Position numbers and translations under genes: made by a program. The notes beneath the pieces were generated by a model. That model ran no database searches. It was given only the letters and a program-made list of their open reading frames with translations, and was not told the origin of the DNA. DNA of 62,346 bases, filler included, from Phoronis australis (lineage: Eukaryota; Animalia; Phoronida), in NCBI GenBank assembly GCA_002633005.1. It is 4 parts of 4 records of this genome, joined end to end, with 100 filler letters (N's around TTAATTAATTAA, not from the genome) between each part and the next. Parts side by side here need not be neighbours in the genome. Positions count along the whole stretch, not along the records: positions 35,258 to 59,685 come from NMRA01000025.1; positions 59,786 to 62,346 come from NMRA01003607.1; 2 more parts are not named here. One strand, written 5' to 3'. This document shows, piece after piece, positions 48,202-62,346 of the stretch. Positions within the stretch are counted from its first letter, which is position 1, and the number at the start of each line of letters is the position of its first letter.

Positions 48202-50794
48202 CGCGTGATCACGAGTCGATACACTAAACGTGTTGTCGTGTCACTGGACTTTCGCCGACTGATTAAGCGAGTCGGAGAGCAAGCAACCTGTTGCTGACTT
48301 CGTCCGAACTGAGTATTTGTTTAAAATATCTCCTAAAATGATTAGTTCTCGACCAGTCCAAAGAGTTAGCACTTGCCATTGGATAAAAGGGACGGTCTTA
48401 AAATTGATAAACTGCTCTTGATTAATTCGTGTGCGTGGACGATATTTTGATGTTGTTCTAAAATTTCGCACATGGTTTGAAAATACGTGTTGAAAATAAG
48501 CAAACCAGAATTAATGACATAAACAAATGAGAGGAGACCGCTGCCCGGAATACTGCGCGACGTTTTACGCGTTGTGTTTCATAACTTTTATGAAGAGTAA
48601 TCTAAAATCATTACATACGTCAAGCACAAATTTGGAAATGTTAACTGTGATTTTTTCACGTGAGGGTATTGTTATCGGAAGAATTTGGATTATCATAAAA
48701 TTCTATTGTTTAGCATTTATAACCCATGTAATTTATGGCAGCTCAGTCCCGGACGCGGAGTTTCTAGTGAGGCCAGTAAACTCAATTTACATGCATTTTC
48801 TTTTGCAATTTTACCAGCGTACCATTATTCAGGTCGTACACATTTGAACCAGTCTCCGGTAGAAATTATTCAAATGTATGTAAAATGGTTTAAAAACATC
48901 ACCTCTTGACATTTTGGTCGAACCAGTCGTTATACAATTGATACTCATGTTGCCAGTAGAAAATCTATTTTTATAACTTCAATATTTATACCCATGTAGT
49001 GCTGTATCTCATATATTACTGATAATTTTCACATTACAAGTCTTATGGAGGTCGCACGCCATTAATCAGGCCATGCTTGAGTTGTGCGACAGGACTGGTG
49101 TTTAGGAAACGAACACTTGTAAAAGTCCGACTACTATACAAATACAGAAAAGTTCACGACAGAATGATTAACATCACTATTCCTTACCACAACACCGCCA
49201 GTGTGGGGAATTTGTGATAGTAAAAACCATATGTTCGTGATACGTGTATATGGGGCATTACGCACAAAAAAGTCTGAAATATTTTTTCCCTATTGTAATG
49301 GACGTAGGTGACCGACACGAGGTTGGGACACTATGTATGATACGCGCATAGATAATCGTGCTGTCATGATTTCATATCTATATAAACGTGCAACTTCAGT
49401 CAGCTGATGAGGGCCGTGTAGCATTGACCGCATTTTGAGTACGTAAAATCAGTTTAAATCTGTAACCGGATTTCCCGTCCTTCACGCTGACTTTGGTGTC
49501 AACTTGAGGGGTGCGCTCCGAGGGGTGCGCCCTGCGTTGGTTCTGCTGGGTAAACAAAACATCCAAAGCCGCTGTCGTAGCCTGGCAGAAGAACATGGTT
49601 GTAGACAGAAGCGACGAAGTGGGATCGAAAAGAAGCCAATCGAGTGTCGACCATCAGTAGTTTTTCTTCGCATTTTCATTAAAAGGAAGGACTGTGGTCT
49701 ACGCCGTTGTCCAACAGGCTGTCACAGAGATTCTCAGACAGCGCGGAACAAGCACACTACACAAATTCTGGCTTGCTTCGATTTGTTTGGATGTATGGCA
49801 TGGCCTGGGCAGTGGAGCGCGCCTGTTCGGTCCATTACTACTTGCAGAAAAACATAATCTATTGAATCAGTTTCGTTGTTAGCTAGTTACACACTAAGTC
49901 AAAAACAAGTGCTATATGTGCACATTCCTGTCTTGCTCCCGGGGTCGTGTTGCCATGGAAACGGTAAATGTCCATGTGGTCTTAGCTCCCAGTCCGTCAT
50001 GGTACTGGTAATGTGGCGGTGAAAATGCTTTTTTATTTTCAGGCAAGTAACTATGACAGTAAAGGAACTATTACTACAGGTACAAAACAAAGTGTAGACA
50101 TGCTAATGTGGATAGGATTTTAGTGACGCGTGATCGTAGCACGATTGTCTATGATCAGGAAATATCCAATTATTTTGTTTGTTCAAACACAGGGACTTCC
50201 AGATTTCGGAGTATAACAGGAATGGCATGCATCAAATTAGCACCGGAATAGGCACCAGTTCTATAACAGATTAGTAAAGCACTAGGTTATCCACAAGCAA
50301 AAACAAATTATGGATTTAGACCACAGCCGTCACAAAAATAGCTTCACAATGTTACTTAATCAAAGCAGGGGCTTGGAAAGAACTGAATAATCATTATCCT
50401 TTGATATCTGACTCTAGAAGATGAATTTGCCAAGGTGGACTATTTTATTCGCCAGCATGACTTCCGAGGCCGAATAACGCCGAAAATGCACGTTCTTTTC
50501 AAGACCATTACAAAATCATTTCTCACTTGTATAGTGACATGACACCAATTTTATAGTATGGGTAAACAATCTTAATCAAATTTTAGTTTCTTCGACGGAA
50601 CGCGGGTTTTTTGCCGCTTTAAATTTATTAAAAGAAACAACTTAAACATTATGGGTTTGCAGTGGAACTTGACATCGTACCGTCGGCTGAGTGTGAAATC
50701 ACCACTGTCGCTCTCAGCACTGGGATTTAATAGTAAAATATCTCTCAAACCATTGGACAGGTCAAATTGAAAACCAGAAGTGCTCTGATCATCA

Positions 50795-51056
50795 CATGCG
50801 AGCACCCAAGGGGGCTCCAGTCGGGGGGGGGCTCTCAAATGAGCCCCCATTTGGCGAAGTGGGCAAAATGGGACGCCTCAGAGAAACAAAAAGCCCGAAA
50901 AGTAGAAAACGAGACAAGTCTTCTAAAAAGGTAGCAACTACCAAAATTTGGCTTATGCACAATATATAGCTCTGAGCGTACCCCGTGAATCTTAGTAAAA
51001 GGTCCACATTCACAAAAATTCGAGCCCCCCATTTTTTAAGCTGGGTGCGCGCGTGC
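50795..51056. mobile_element. Probable MITE with G/C runs
   Basis: CATGCGAGCACCCA pairs imperfectly with TGGGTGCGCGCGTG; subterminal GGGGGCTC/GAGCCCCC motifs. Confidence 0.55.
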
Positions 51057-53206
51057 ATCTCTTAGCTTCACAACTACAACAGGCTTCATCACCTATTTTG
51101 CACAACGTCACTGCTACATGAGGTCATCATTGTGATGATGGGGCCACCTTGTACTTTGAAAATTAGGCGAAGACATTTTCCCCAACTGAGACTATGCCCT
51201 TTCTTACGTCAATCAGCAGTGATTTCATTCCATCTATTGATACATTTTTGTGATTGAAACATACAATGTATTGAAAGTCGAATGATAAATATATAATTCT
51301 CCATCAGCTGTCTGCGTCATGTTTATGTTTTTAACAATCATTTTTCAATTAAGTGTCGCGTCGAAACGAAATAAGCTTGGAAAACAAAATTCAGGAAAAA
51401 TTGTTTGAAATGCTTTGCATTTTATGTGCCGGCGAAGATTCAAAAACACACGATTAAAATTGTTGAGTGTACAACCCGGGAATCTTGGAACTTGTTTGCA
51501 CTCCCGACATATGACATGAGTCGCGTGTATGCGGCAGGCTTCACACTGCGTGGCTCATTTGGGTTTCTAGGAGTGCTACATGCGCAACTGATGAAAACTT
51601 TTATGATCGTATATCATACAATCGGTTGCGCGCAGTTACGAATTTAGGGTATTCGCCAATTTTCATATGAATATGTTTTAGAGAAAAGTCTCTGCATGAG
51701 GTCAATAAAAGTAAAAACCTTGGGCCGGAACGAGCCTAATTCGGGTGCTAGTCGACGATGGTGTGAAATCCCGGGTCATGGCCGATGAAAGTCCATTCTA
51801 TCTACGCTAGAGAGGCACTTAAGGGGGATAATTGGGTTTACTAGTGTGGAGGGCCATCGCGGTTATCTCAGGTACCAGGGAGCCGCAGCGTACTATCACG
51901 GGCACTTAGGACGTGGACTCGGTGTGTAAAGTACGTAGGTTAATTACAGTACGGAATGCCGCGATAATTGTCCTTTGTAGGGAACCTATTTTGTATCATG
52001 TATTGCGTTGACGTGTACCTATCGCCTTATCACACACCATGTTAAGGAAGATTTGGCTTGCGAACTCTGATCGGTTCATTGACGTGTTCTCATGTCACGA
52101 AGCCGACCGTATAAGACGTTTGTTTACGGTAGCAATAAACTCATTTAAGCATTTTCTTAATGGTAACGGAAATAAAATTCTGCAGAATATTATGAGACTA
52201 ATTTTATGAAAAGTAAAAGGCCTAATTCGAATTCGGTAACTTAAGAATAAATGTTTTTGTCTCCACCCACAACTCCTACTATACATCCTAACATTTCAAT
52301 GCTGCCTAGGAAACCATGACAGTGGAAACCCGCAGTAGATCTCGTATGCACACCGTTATTTTCGACGTCGTGGCAGGCTTCAGTGAATTGAAACTAGCAG
52401 ATTATGTCAAATGTATTCAACACCTTATAGACAAGACCCTACACATGACAGTTTTGCCTCGTACATATCAGGTGACAAAAAGTAAAGAGTTTGTATTTTT
52501 AAATGCAATCATTAAGTCACGCCATGACTGGGCGTGCCGGTCCATACGAATGTCAACATGCATAATCAGTCGATGCGTTGCTGTACTAAAATTGTCCTTT
52601 CGATAAGCCAAACAAACTGCGACAGGACTCGTTGGAACAAATTCCATCCACTGTACCTACGGATAACTGTGGGTCAAAAGGGCGTTTCCAAACTCCACGA
52701 TCAATCATAGCATACGAGAAATGGAATCAAAGTTAATACGACGTGTCTAATTCGTCATAATTTGGTGATTATCGCATTGCGTGCACTGCTGGATCCAGGA
52801 TGGCGCAACTGGTTAAATAAAATTTCCGTATGACAAAAACTCGTAGCACTTGTAAAAACGACATGCCGATATCGAATTGAATTTCAGTACCTGTAAAAAT
52901 TAACTAAGAGATAATTTTTAAACAATGAAAATGATCTCAGGTAATTTTTGATGGGGTCTAAACGTGAATATCATGGCAAAGGAACCTCCAAGAGACATCA
53001 TTTCACAACTGTATATATTGTATCTAGGCGCCTATTAGACGACATTAACGGGACCTAAAGTCTGCCATGAAGACTAGTACAGCCCAGTAATAGAAAACAT
53101 CTTTTCCCATCAATACCTCATGACGCAAGAAACAAGATGTTGAAAACGAATTTCAAGCGGGACTGTTTGAAAATTTAGAGTAGGCATTGGGGTTAAATGT
53201 GTTGTC

Positions 53207-53352
<146 letters not shown>

Positions 53353-53458
53353 TGTTGTTGTTTTTGTTGTTGTTGTAAGTTGGTGTTTTGATTGTTGAAG
53401 ACGTAGAGAATGACAGTAGGAACTTGACGTAGGTGCTCTCATAGCAATTCTTCGTAAT

Positions 53459-53604
53459 CCAGCCTCCCGTTCAGTAACGCTAGGACTTCGCTATAATGCA
53501 AGACTTCTCGAAATTACTTGAGATGTTGCCGTGTATTTAAAATGAGAGCACGTTACTTTGGCTAGAATTTCGCTAGGTCCTAGCGTTACTGAACGAGCGC
53601 CAGG
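53459..53604. mobile_element. About 146-bp MITE (monomer)
   Basis: Perfect 19-bp IR CGTTCAGTAACGCTAGGAC/GTCCTAGCGTTACTGAACG; same family as 58781-59093. Confidence 0.85.
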
Positions 53605-56600
53605 TATTTGGAAATAGACATGGACTTAGTTTCATTGCTGCGTCCAAAGCGCCCTCTTGGTAAGAAAATTTCCACATATATAAAATGTATATCCTATCGA
53701 GATGTATACAGAGACAAACAGTCTTTCAATATTACCGAGGCTTCTGGTCGGCACTGCATGGTCCGATGAGTCAATAACGAAGTGGACGCATCGTTTAATT
53801 CTATTTCGTGTTGCTGTGACATGAATGAACGTGTGAAAAAAAAACAGCAATGCTGTGTTTAGTCAGCACTCACTCAGGGCTGCCGCGCAGGGGGCCATTG
53901 CGTATCAGCCAAGAAGTCCAACTTTTCCCTTGAAATATGACAATTGCGTATGCGTCAAATAGTTTCACAACAATTTGCGTTTATGTTGATATTTGAGCCG
54001 GGGCAATTCGTCTTTGAATGAACTTGATCTCTGTTTTTTTTTTTCATTACCTTTATCTCATCTTCGCAAATGCGTGGCATGTAGTAAATATTGATTCTCG
54101 ACGCAGCATGGTCCAAAGAATAGCTGTTACACGAAGTACAATAGATAACACATTTCCTGGTCGTCCTTGTAGCTTTCACGTGACTTAGGGTGTTCCTGAT
54201 TTCGAAAACTCATCTAGAAAATTCCACGATAGAGTTCGTTTCTCAACATGCCAAATTATAGCCTCAGTGATGGATTTGCGTTCGAACTGAATTTATTACC
54301 CACGGCAACACTGACCACTTTTTAGACAATGTGTTTCGTTTTCGTCAATATCTTTAGTCACGCAACAAACAGACGATGTTCTATTGAGACAGTGGAGAAA
54401 AGCAGAAACAAATTTATTGGCAAGTTCTAAACTAACCCTATGCAGTTGAACGGTAAAAGGTACTCCTGGGAAGGGAGGTTTTAAGGCTTCCCGGCAAGAC
54501 GCACCGTCACCCTAAACGCGTGTGTGCGTACGTGCGCAGGCAAAGTCACTGTCAACAACCCCATAACTCATATCCGAGCGAAGAACAATTCGCGATAGTG
54601 AAAGATCAAATTTATTTTGTTATCGTATTATCAAGTGACGGATAGTTTATCACAAAACATTTTATTAGCTTATCGGGTTTGTCTGTAACATGGGTTGAAC
54701 ATTGTACTGCAGACTTTTACGAAAGTTCATTAGCTTCTTATTGAGGAAACAAACTTGGATTCGTTTTTTTGCTGGGATTTTTTCGGTTGCCCTTGCGCGT
54801 GCCTTGGGATGACGAATTATGAGACTCAACTCGCGGTGCGTTTCTGGACACATTTTCCATAATACGTTATTCCTAGGGGTGTGCATCCGGAACCATGAAA
54901 AGTAAATAGTGAAAGAAACAAACGGATTCTGCGAACTGTTTTTAAACAATTCGCAATGAATTGCAGCAGCAAACGTTAACAGAAGTAAATACGCGGAAAA
55001 TATGTGTTCACCATCGTTTAAAAATAGTTCAGAATGGACTACTACATGTCGATGAAGCGAATGTGGAACTGTAGATATACAGTAGGAAGTGATCAGTAAT
55101 ATGTTGATACCGAAGGGGATGTTGGTCTCATTTTACATATATTTCTTACGACTGCAACTAGGAAAAGCTAAACATAGTAGTGGCTTCACGGGGAGGCGTT
55201 TCAAAACAGGATTTTACGGCGATGCAGTTTTATATTGCACCAGCATCACGACATCGGTAAAATCGTATCGTTGCGATACACACATAAAATATTCAGAGAG
55301 ATCAACGAAACGTTTCACCCGTCGCATAACCACGATAACGAAAATGACTTAAAATCCGCGTGCAAACGCAATGTCAAATAAGTCCGCCACCAGGCGCTCG
55401 GAGCTTACCAGCAAACGAATGTAGTGGATCGCTTTGATAAATGACATGAACCACACAAACTTTTAATAAAGTAACGGTTAACCATGCGTTGTAGTTACGT
55501 CCGACACTTCGACGAGTGGGTGACTGGATTTTTCAAAGCAACTATAAACCATTGTTCCGTTGAAGGAGATAACCTTCGTTTTAAGAACACTTATCATTCA
55601 AAATGGTCTCAACCTTTTCCTTTCACATATTGGGAGCGGGAGGGGGGAGCGGTGGGAGCGGTGGGAGCGGGGGGGAGCCTGGGGATCGGGGGGGGGGGGG
55701 ATGGATTTGAAAAGAACTGATGGTAGTGTTATTTCTTGANNNNNNNNNGTAGTGTTATTTCTTGAGATGGTTCTCGAGCCATAAAATGACCTGTCAACTT
55801 GCAGAACGTGATCTCAAGCAATTACAAATTCTCAGTTGTTCGAAGCCTTGAAATTATCACCAATTTGACTAAGGAATGATAATGGTAAGTGGTCTAAATA
55901 AAAAATGTGATGAAAGGCGTCTTTATTGCCGCTTCAACAGATTAAACAGTAGATTTGACTGGGGTACTTCAAGATGCAATATAATATGAAGAACGAAGCT
56001 CTTGAAAATTTCACCGCAGACGACGAAATGATAGACTATACCTATGGGTATTGTGCTAAAACAGCCATATCGGCCGACCGCAAACCTCAATCCGGGGGGC
56101 TTCTCCTATAGCAAGAGTTATGGTAGCCCTAGGGACATGCCCCAGCACGTTGCCATTTTGCTCTGTTGCGTATCTTCTGTGTTGGATGTTTTAATGGGAT
56201 TGAATATTAATTGTCCTCTCGGTGGTATCGTGTGGGTAGATAAAATTAATCTAAAAAAATGGCGAACGGAAGAAAGGGAGGACGGCAGGTTTCCATGTGG
56301 ACATGCAGAAAAACTCCGAGTCCTCAATAGCTTGCATTGGTCTACAAGGCTCATTCATTGCAAAATTTAAAGAGGATTCATACTGTTTGAAAACGAGATC
56401 GAGTACAATTTTAATTGAATAAGGCTTTTGCTGTTCATGCAACAGTACAAGGTAGTTTCAATCTGCGCCATTGCCTTCGACTTTGATCTGGCAATCGCAA
56501 TGTCTTGGTAACATGGGCTTGAATTGATAAAATTATCACAGGTTACCCATGTTCTTCGCACATGGAGACTATAATCTGTATAAGTTCAATTGCATAAATT

Positions 56601-58780
56601 GATATTTAGAAAGTTATCAAAATTTTTATTACCAATGTGCAAATACACTTGAGTAATCTTAACTACTGCTAAGTCTTCGCAATCCTGCTCGGTGCTGTCT
56701 CTGTTGATAACGAGCGCAGACGACGTATCTTCGAGTGGGCGCGTTTATCACTCAGTCGACACATTCACAGCGTGATTTGAGATTTGGTTGAGCTGATGGA
56801 AATCCTACATTGCTAGTGTTTATATTACGATACCATACCTTAACTTGTATTGCTTCCCATTAATTTACTTTTGCTATTTATGAAGTTACGTGTTAAATTA
56901 AAAAATACATATAGACATTCGTGAAAAACAAATAAATAATAATGGGGAATGATGTTTCAAATAAATGATAATTTTAACGTAGTTCTTATGAATTTTCTGC
57001 TCACTTTTCGGGAAAATTCATGTCCTGTGCGTGCCAATGTGGGGCGAAATCAAACAGTGTTTCAGCAAAAGCTATCGTTACAACTCTGCCCCAAGATACA
57101 TGAAAAACAAAATATAATAAAGAAAATAATAAAAAATGAAACAAGAAACACACAATTTTAGAAACCATACTAGAGGGTGTTTCTCCTTTATTCTGGCAAA
57201 ATGCCAACGTTGTCTCCTCGCTTAGCAAAAGAATACTAACGTTTAATTTGCAGCCTGTTACACTGTGTTCCAGCAGAACATAATTTTGTACGCAAATGTC
57301 AACAAAATAATACCAAACGTTCAATTTCCACACAGTGTTCCAGCAAAGGCATACTATGTAGCTACGTTTGGTTCCATAGAACTTGCACCTGTATATCAAG
57401 TTCATATACCTGCAAGGCGCAAAACTGACCGGCGAGCATTTGCTTTTGGTTTACCGTTAACCAAGATTAGACTATTTGACTTGCTAATGGCACGGAAATT
57501 CAGTAGGCAATATGATGGTGAACGTGATAAATTTATTGCAATTTGGCTCGATATAAGTACAGAATTCCCTCGCGTTTTCTGAGGATGCCGGACCCGCACA
57601 ATATATGGGTCGAGTTCTAGCAAAAACCACGTGCTTTCACTGAAAATATTATGCAATATCTCACCGAATCTTGCAAGATCTTGTTTTCTGGTCGGCGTTC
57701 TTTTTCCTAATTTTCTGAGTGACGTACGTGTTAAGCACTGTTTGCACTTTCATTGAATATCAGAATAACACACCCGGTTGTTGTAAACAACCTTTGTTGT
57801 TAGTAGAAAGAAAGTAAGGGAAGTTCTTGACTTCAAATTTCCACCAGGCGTGAGAAGGGCCTTCTCACACTCTGCCAATGTCACGGTTACCCGCCCACAA
57901 TCCTTCATTAAAGCTGTAGTGGACTGACCGTGACGCCTCGCCGCTTCTCCTGAAGTCAATAATGATATTCAGCTTCACGCCGACACGCCGCAAATACAAT
58001 CGGACTAGCCTAAATAGCTCGGATGTCCTTCGTACTATAGTACAGTGGTGTTAATGAATGTAAATTTTATTAACCGAACAGTGGGATTCTCGGAACTAGA
58101 AAGGCAAATTTTGCTCTTCGCGCCCCCGTTTCGACCGCGTACGTGCCTAGGTCGGTCAACCGTTCATTGTGAAAATTCTTTCAATGTGTAACAATTTCTG
58201 ATAATGTATCAAACTCTCAGCTCAGATATGTTTAGTCTATCTGAGCTCTCAGTACCAAGCTCAACTCTTAATGCAAACTTTGCATTTAGGGTGAACGCTG
58301 TCTTATGATCTAAAATAAGCTCTGCCGGTCTACTTGGCCTAATGTTTAACTCGTTTATTTTAACACAAAGACCTATTATAGGCGCTGTGGGAAAGCGCCT
58401 CAGTATTTCCAGGCTGGCAATTATACTAAAGTATTGGTTCTTAACTCAGTTTGAAAACTGGGTGATACGCGAAAAAATACAAATCATAACTTCTGGAACT
58501 TAGTGAAATAGTTTCCCCGAGTAGGCTATGTTCCAAAAGGAGATGATTTAAAACCGGCTATTTTTGCATCTGCTCAGTCGTAGTTCCACGGAAAGCATAT
58601 ACATTTTTACTTTTCGTTACTACACGGACAGCAGAATAATTGTGGGTGTTACAATGACCAGGATGACTACAACCAGCATTTCGCCCGACTCAAACACGTT
58701 GAACCGTTCTCTGCCGGGCCATGCACCGGCATATTTTACAACTAGTATACAGTGTTGAATCATAGGATCCGTATATGAAT

Positions 58781-59093
58781 CCAGCCTCCCGTTCAGTAAC
58801 GCTAGGACCTCGCTAAAAAGCAAGACTTCGCGAGACTACGTGAGATATTGCCGTGCATTTTAAATGAGAACACAGGACTTTGACTAGGTTTTAGCTAGGT
58901 CCTAGCATAGGTCCTAGCGTCTACTGAACGCATGCCTGCCTCCCGTTCAGTAACGCTAGGACCTCGCTAAAAAGCAAGACTTCGCGAGATTACGTGAGAT
59001 ATTGCCGTGCACTTTAAATGAAAACACGTGACTTTGACTAGGTTTAAGCTAGGTCCTAGCGTAGGTCCTAGCGTCTACTGAACGCACGCCAGG
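58781..59093. mobile_element. Head-to-tail dimer of the same MITE
   Basis: Two ~156-bp units, each GCCTCCCGTTCAGTAACGCTAGGAC...GTCCTAGCGTCTACTGAACG, joined at ~58937. Confidence 0.85.
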
Positions 59094-59319
59094 TTCAATC
59101 GAATGAGATCCTGCAAGCCTCGCGGTGGGGGAGATAATGCCGCTTAACTTCATTAAAAAGTTAATCTGTGTATATTAGTTACACATTGTCCCATTATTCG
59201 CCTGTGAAATTTATCTTTCGGAGTGGGTGTAGTTTTCTACCAGTAAATATTACAACATTTGATTCTTTTAACTCGGAGACTTTTGTTGATATTTTATGAC
59301 AGTATAAGCGACTGTTGAA

Positions 59320-59648
59320 ATGGAAGACGGCGTGTTTTCGCCTATGGACATATCCAAGTTGATAAAGGATGCTTTGTGTACGATTCTAAGCAATAGTGCT
59401 TGTCCAGATCCAACGAAGAAGCTTAAAGTATTCCAAAGATCAAGAAAGACAAAAACAGCGGACTTCGTTGTTGCTCTTTCCGGCTGTTTAGCGGTGGTGC
59501 AGAGTGATCCAGGGAATCGCATAAGGCCGAGCTCGATGGTCGAAGACGAAGTCGATTGTCCTACCAAATCATCAACTACTCACTCTACTGAGCTAAAAAA
59601 TGCACCGATCGCCAGATGTGATATTGAAAAGGTGATCTTAGTGTTGTT
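59320..59648 (+). CDS. Possible first coding exon of an unidentified gene, cut off by the gap
   Basis: Start context gaaATGG and a 110-codon non-repetitive ORF, with candidate donors aag|gtgatc (~59632) or gtt|gtaagt (59649). No confident family match. Confidence 0.35.
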
Positions 59649-59685
59649 GTAAGTGTTGTGTCTTACCCTGACCACGTTAGTCTAA

Positions 59686-59785
59686 NNNNNNNNNNNNNNN
59701 NNNNNNNNNNNNNNNNNNNNNNNNNNNNNTTAATTAATTAANNNNNNNNNNNNNNNNNNNNNNNNNNNNNNNNNNNNNNNNNNNN
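59686..59785. other. Artificial contig spacer
   Basis: N-run, TTAATTAATTAA, N-run. Confidence 0.95.
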
Positions 59786-61575
59786 CCAAACGGAGCATGA
59801 CGTCATAAATTGAAACCGTCCCGGAGAAGCCCAGTTGTTTTTTTGTCTACTGAACTACATGCACACAAAAAATAGTTGCGAAATGATCCCCGCTGCGGCA
59901 ACGCCTCGCCGTGCAAGGCGATTGGACATGACGTAACAAATTGCGGCCCACAATTTAACTAGCCTATAAGCTTATCAGAAAGCATTCTTTTATTATTTTT
60001 TCAATATTAGTAAGAACCTCTCTACATACATTTGACAGTGATACAACGTTATTCGAAAGAAATTAAGAAAAGCTGCCGTCGCCACGTCGGTTGAGATTTG
60101 GTTATAAATTCTTTGAACATGATTTTAGACGTCCGGATTTCCCGCGATATCTCATCGACGTCGGGGTCAACGAAATATCGACGTCAATGCAACCAAAACT
60201 CGAAACCGAGTTTGTCGTCTATCTGACTTCAGGTCCGACGAAATATGACGTCGAAACAACGCCAACACAACCAACAACCAACCACGATTTGCGACAATTG
60301 CCGTCTAACGCAACAGTCCACACTGATCGAAGCAGGTCCAACAGAAAAATAGTTTATTTCAACACTTCTCACCATCTGTTTGCATATTGCAGTGTAGCAC
60401 CAGATAGTGGCCACGTTTTCACATCCAATAAACGGGATGTTGCAAAAAAAAACCAAAAAAAAACCAAACCGTTAAATTTCACTCCTCATATCACTATATA
60501 CAAAGGCTTTTCTGGGAAATGATTATTCATTTTGGCCTAAAAGTACAAACTATCAGTTATAAAACTTTAAAAATGAGACAGTACCAAGAGCTTGTACCTT
60601 GCATCAGACTTCCATTTCTTGCACTGCCAGCACCACACAGCACCACTACATGTCTTGACCCCATCAAAAACCTTCCATGTAGCCAATTTCAGACCATAGT
60701 AGTTTCCAAATCCAGGTCAAATCCAATCTACCTTCATTGGTCTATTGTTAAGCATTCCCAGGCTCTTTTGCACGTCACCACGACTCACAGACCAATTATC
60801 AATCAGTCATGTTTCAAAAAGTTACTCAGAAAACCAACTATTTTCTAATTGGCGATTTTTATGTTTCTTTGGCTAAAAATGACCCTAAAATAACTTTTTA
60901 TGAGAAATTCAATTTCAGAAGCAACTGAAACAGTTTGAAATATCACCAGTTCAAAAACTAGAATAATCAATTTATTTTAGCAAGTTTAATGAGAATTATA
61001 CATATCTATCAATAAAGTACAAGGTGGGATGAGCTTCTAATTTGTACTCTTTGGTAAACCGAGGTAGAAAAGAAAGGTGGGAATGAGGACGGATGAGATA
61101 CAGAGGGGGGCACGGGGAGTATGGAAGGGGAAAGAGGGACATTGGGAGAACTAAGGGAGACGGACAAGGATGTTTGCTTTAATTTCAAATCAATCTGATG
61201 TTAACTTATGCAAGCACTGAGTAGGCTATCTTCTTTACTCTGAAATTTGTCCTGCCATTTTGAAATTGACATCACACCAATGGGGATGTTTGCAGAGAAG
61301 ATCACAAGCACCTTGACTTTCAACGGCTGATGTCGGATTTTACGCTACATCCATTTTTGTTGTCTTTCTTCTGAATCAATATAGTATCTGCTTTCATTTG
61401 ATTTTTGTCTAAATTATATTATCAATCTTTACCGGTCACGTGACCAACCACAACCTTGTTGTTTTGACTGCTGGAACAATTATCCAATAATTATACATGT
61501 CTAACATTAAATTTAATTCAATCAACATTTCACAACCAACACTAATTGGTGCGTCTGGAAACCCTGCCTCCAGCG

Positions 61576-61669
61576 CTACTCAACCACTTGAAATTTGATG
61601 CCTCTCTCAGACAGTCGACCAATCAAATCAGTTTCAGCAAATGCTGCACCAGGCGTGTATACACCTCCC
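61576..61669 (-). CDS. SCCPDH: Last coding exon of saccharopine dehydrogenase-like oxidoreductase
   Basis: Acceptor ttattttccag|61669. GGVYTPGAAFAETDLIGRLSERGIKFQVVE* matches the SCCPDH C-terminus GGVfTPGAAF..T.LidRL...GI.F.Vi. Confidence 0.9.
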
Positions 61670-61706
61670 CTGGAAAATAATAGTAGCTGAACTGGTGGCT
61701 GCAAAA

Positions 61707-61795
61707 TGACGGACCTCATGTCACGACAGACTGACCTCATGTCAAGACAGACGGACCTCATGTCAAGACAGACGGACCTCATGTCAAGACAGACA
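61707..61795. repeat. 21-bp tandem repeat, about 4 copies, in the SCCPDH intron
   Basis: Unit GACGGACCTCATGTCAAGACA. Confidence 0.88.
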
Positions 61796-62346
61796 CAAAC
61801 CCATGAATCTGGTGGCAAACAAAAACAAAACATAAATTGAAATTTCTAGCTTCCTGCCCACTATGTATTTTGTGACTGGTTTGTAAACTGCTGTTTGGGA
61901 ATCTTAAAATGGGACCATCTTGGGGGGTTCTGTGAAGCAGTGGAGTTAAATTGTCAATTTTTCAAAAACACACAATACTACTAGCCATAAACTGTGGGCA
62001 CGTACATATTAACAAAAGTCACTGAAAATCTTTAAGCCACAGAATATGCCTTCAACATTCCTGCATTAAAAAGGATGCTAGGTTTGTTACAGGTTGAGAT
62101 CTGCATTTTCAGCGTGACTAAATTAGAGCTGGTTGGGGCTTCAACTAGCTTTGATTCTCTATATTTATCTTTTACTCACTTTGACGGTAGTTGACTTCTC
62201 TTTCTCAAAACAATCAGACCAGCTTGTATCATGCAGATAGGGGTTGTGATGTAACCCATTTCTGCAATATTTACAAATACAGTAATGACAACTGTGTTAG
62301 CCTACTGTAAACATCACTTGTTCTGTGAAACAATAGTATAAAACGA

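Noticed and set aside
59786-60270. Cluster of TGACGTCA/GACGTC motifs resembling CRE sites
   Set aside because: It lies at a contig edge downstream of SCCPDH and looks like the interior of a repeat. Neither termini nor a regulated promoter could be defined.

Overview
AT-rich genomic DNA from an animal, probably a marine invertebrate (spliceosomal GT-AG exons, metazoan genes, dense repeats). It is not prokaryotic and has no CRISPR array. Three artificial N-flanked TTAATTAATTAA spacers (15620-15718, 35158-35257, 59686-59785) split the window into four pieces whose adjacency should not be trusted. Piece 1 has tRNA-Phe(GAA), two phase-compatible exons of an SLC16/MCT-like MFS transporter, a frameshifted 33-bp DTPYGNGD coding-type repeat and a recent Ty3/Gypsy element folded back on itself. 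Piece 2 has five in-phase minus-strand Rubicon (RUBCN) exons, whose introns contain L2/CR1-like, Tx1/L1 and RTE-X-like LINE relics, Helentron-type HINEs, two Kolobok-type TTAA elements and several minisatellites. Piece 3 has the two 5' exons of a probable METAP2, a complete single-ORF KLF15, a pure (CAG)48 tract and several MITEs and hairpins. Piece 4 has the last exon of SCCPDH. I cannot support a wholly new biological system. The best leads are the microhomology-joined fold-back LTR element, the nested transposon stacks inside Rubicon, an in-frame tandem expansion of a LINE motif, the DTPYGNGD repeat protein relic and a hairpin cluster near 40.1-40.4 kb. Gene identities rest on recalled motif similarity, not database searches.
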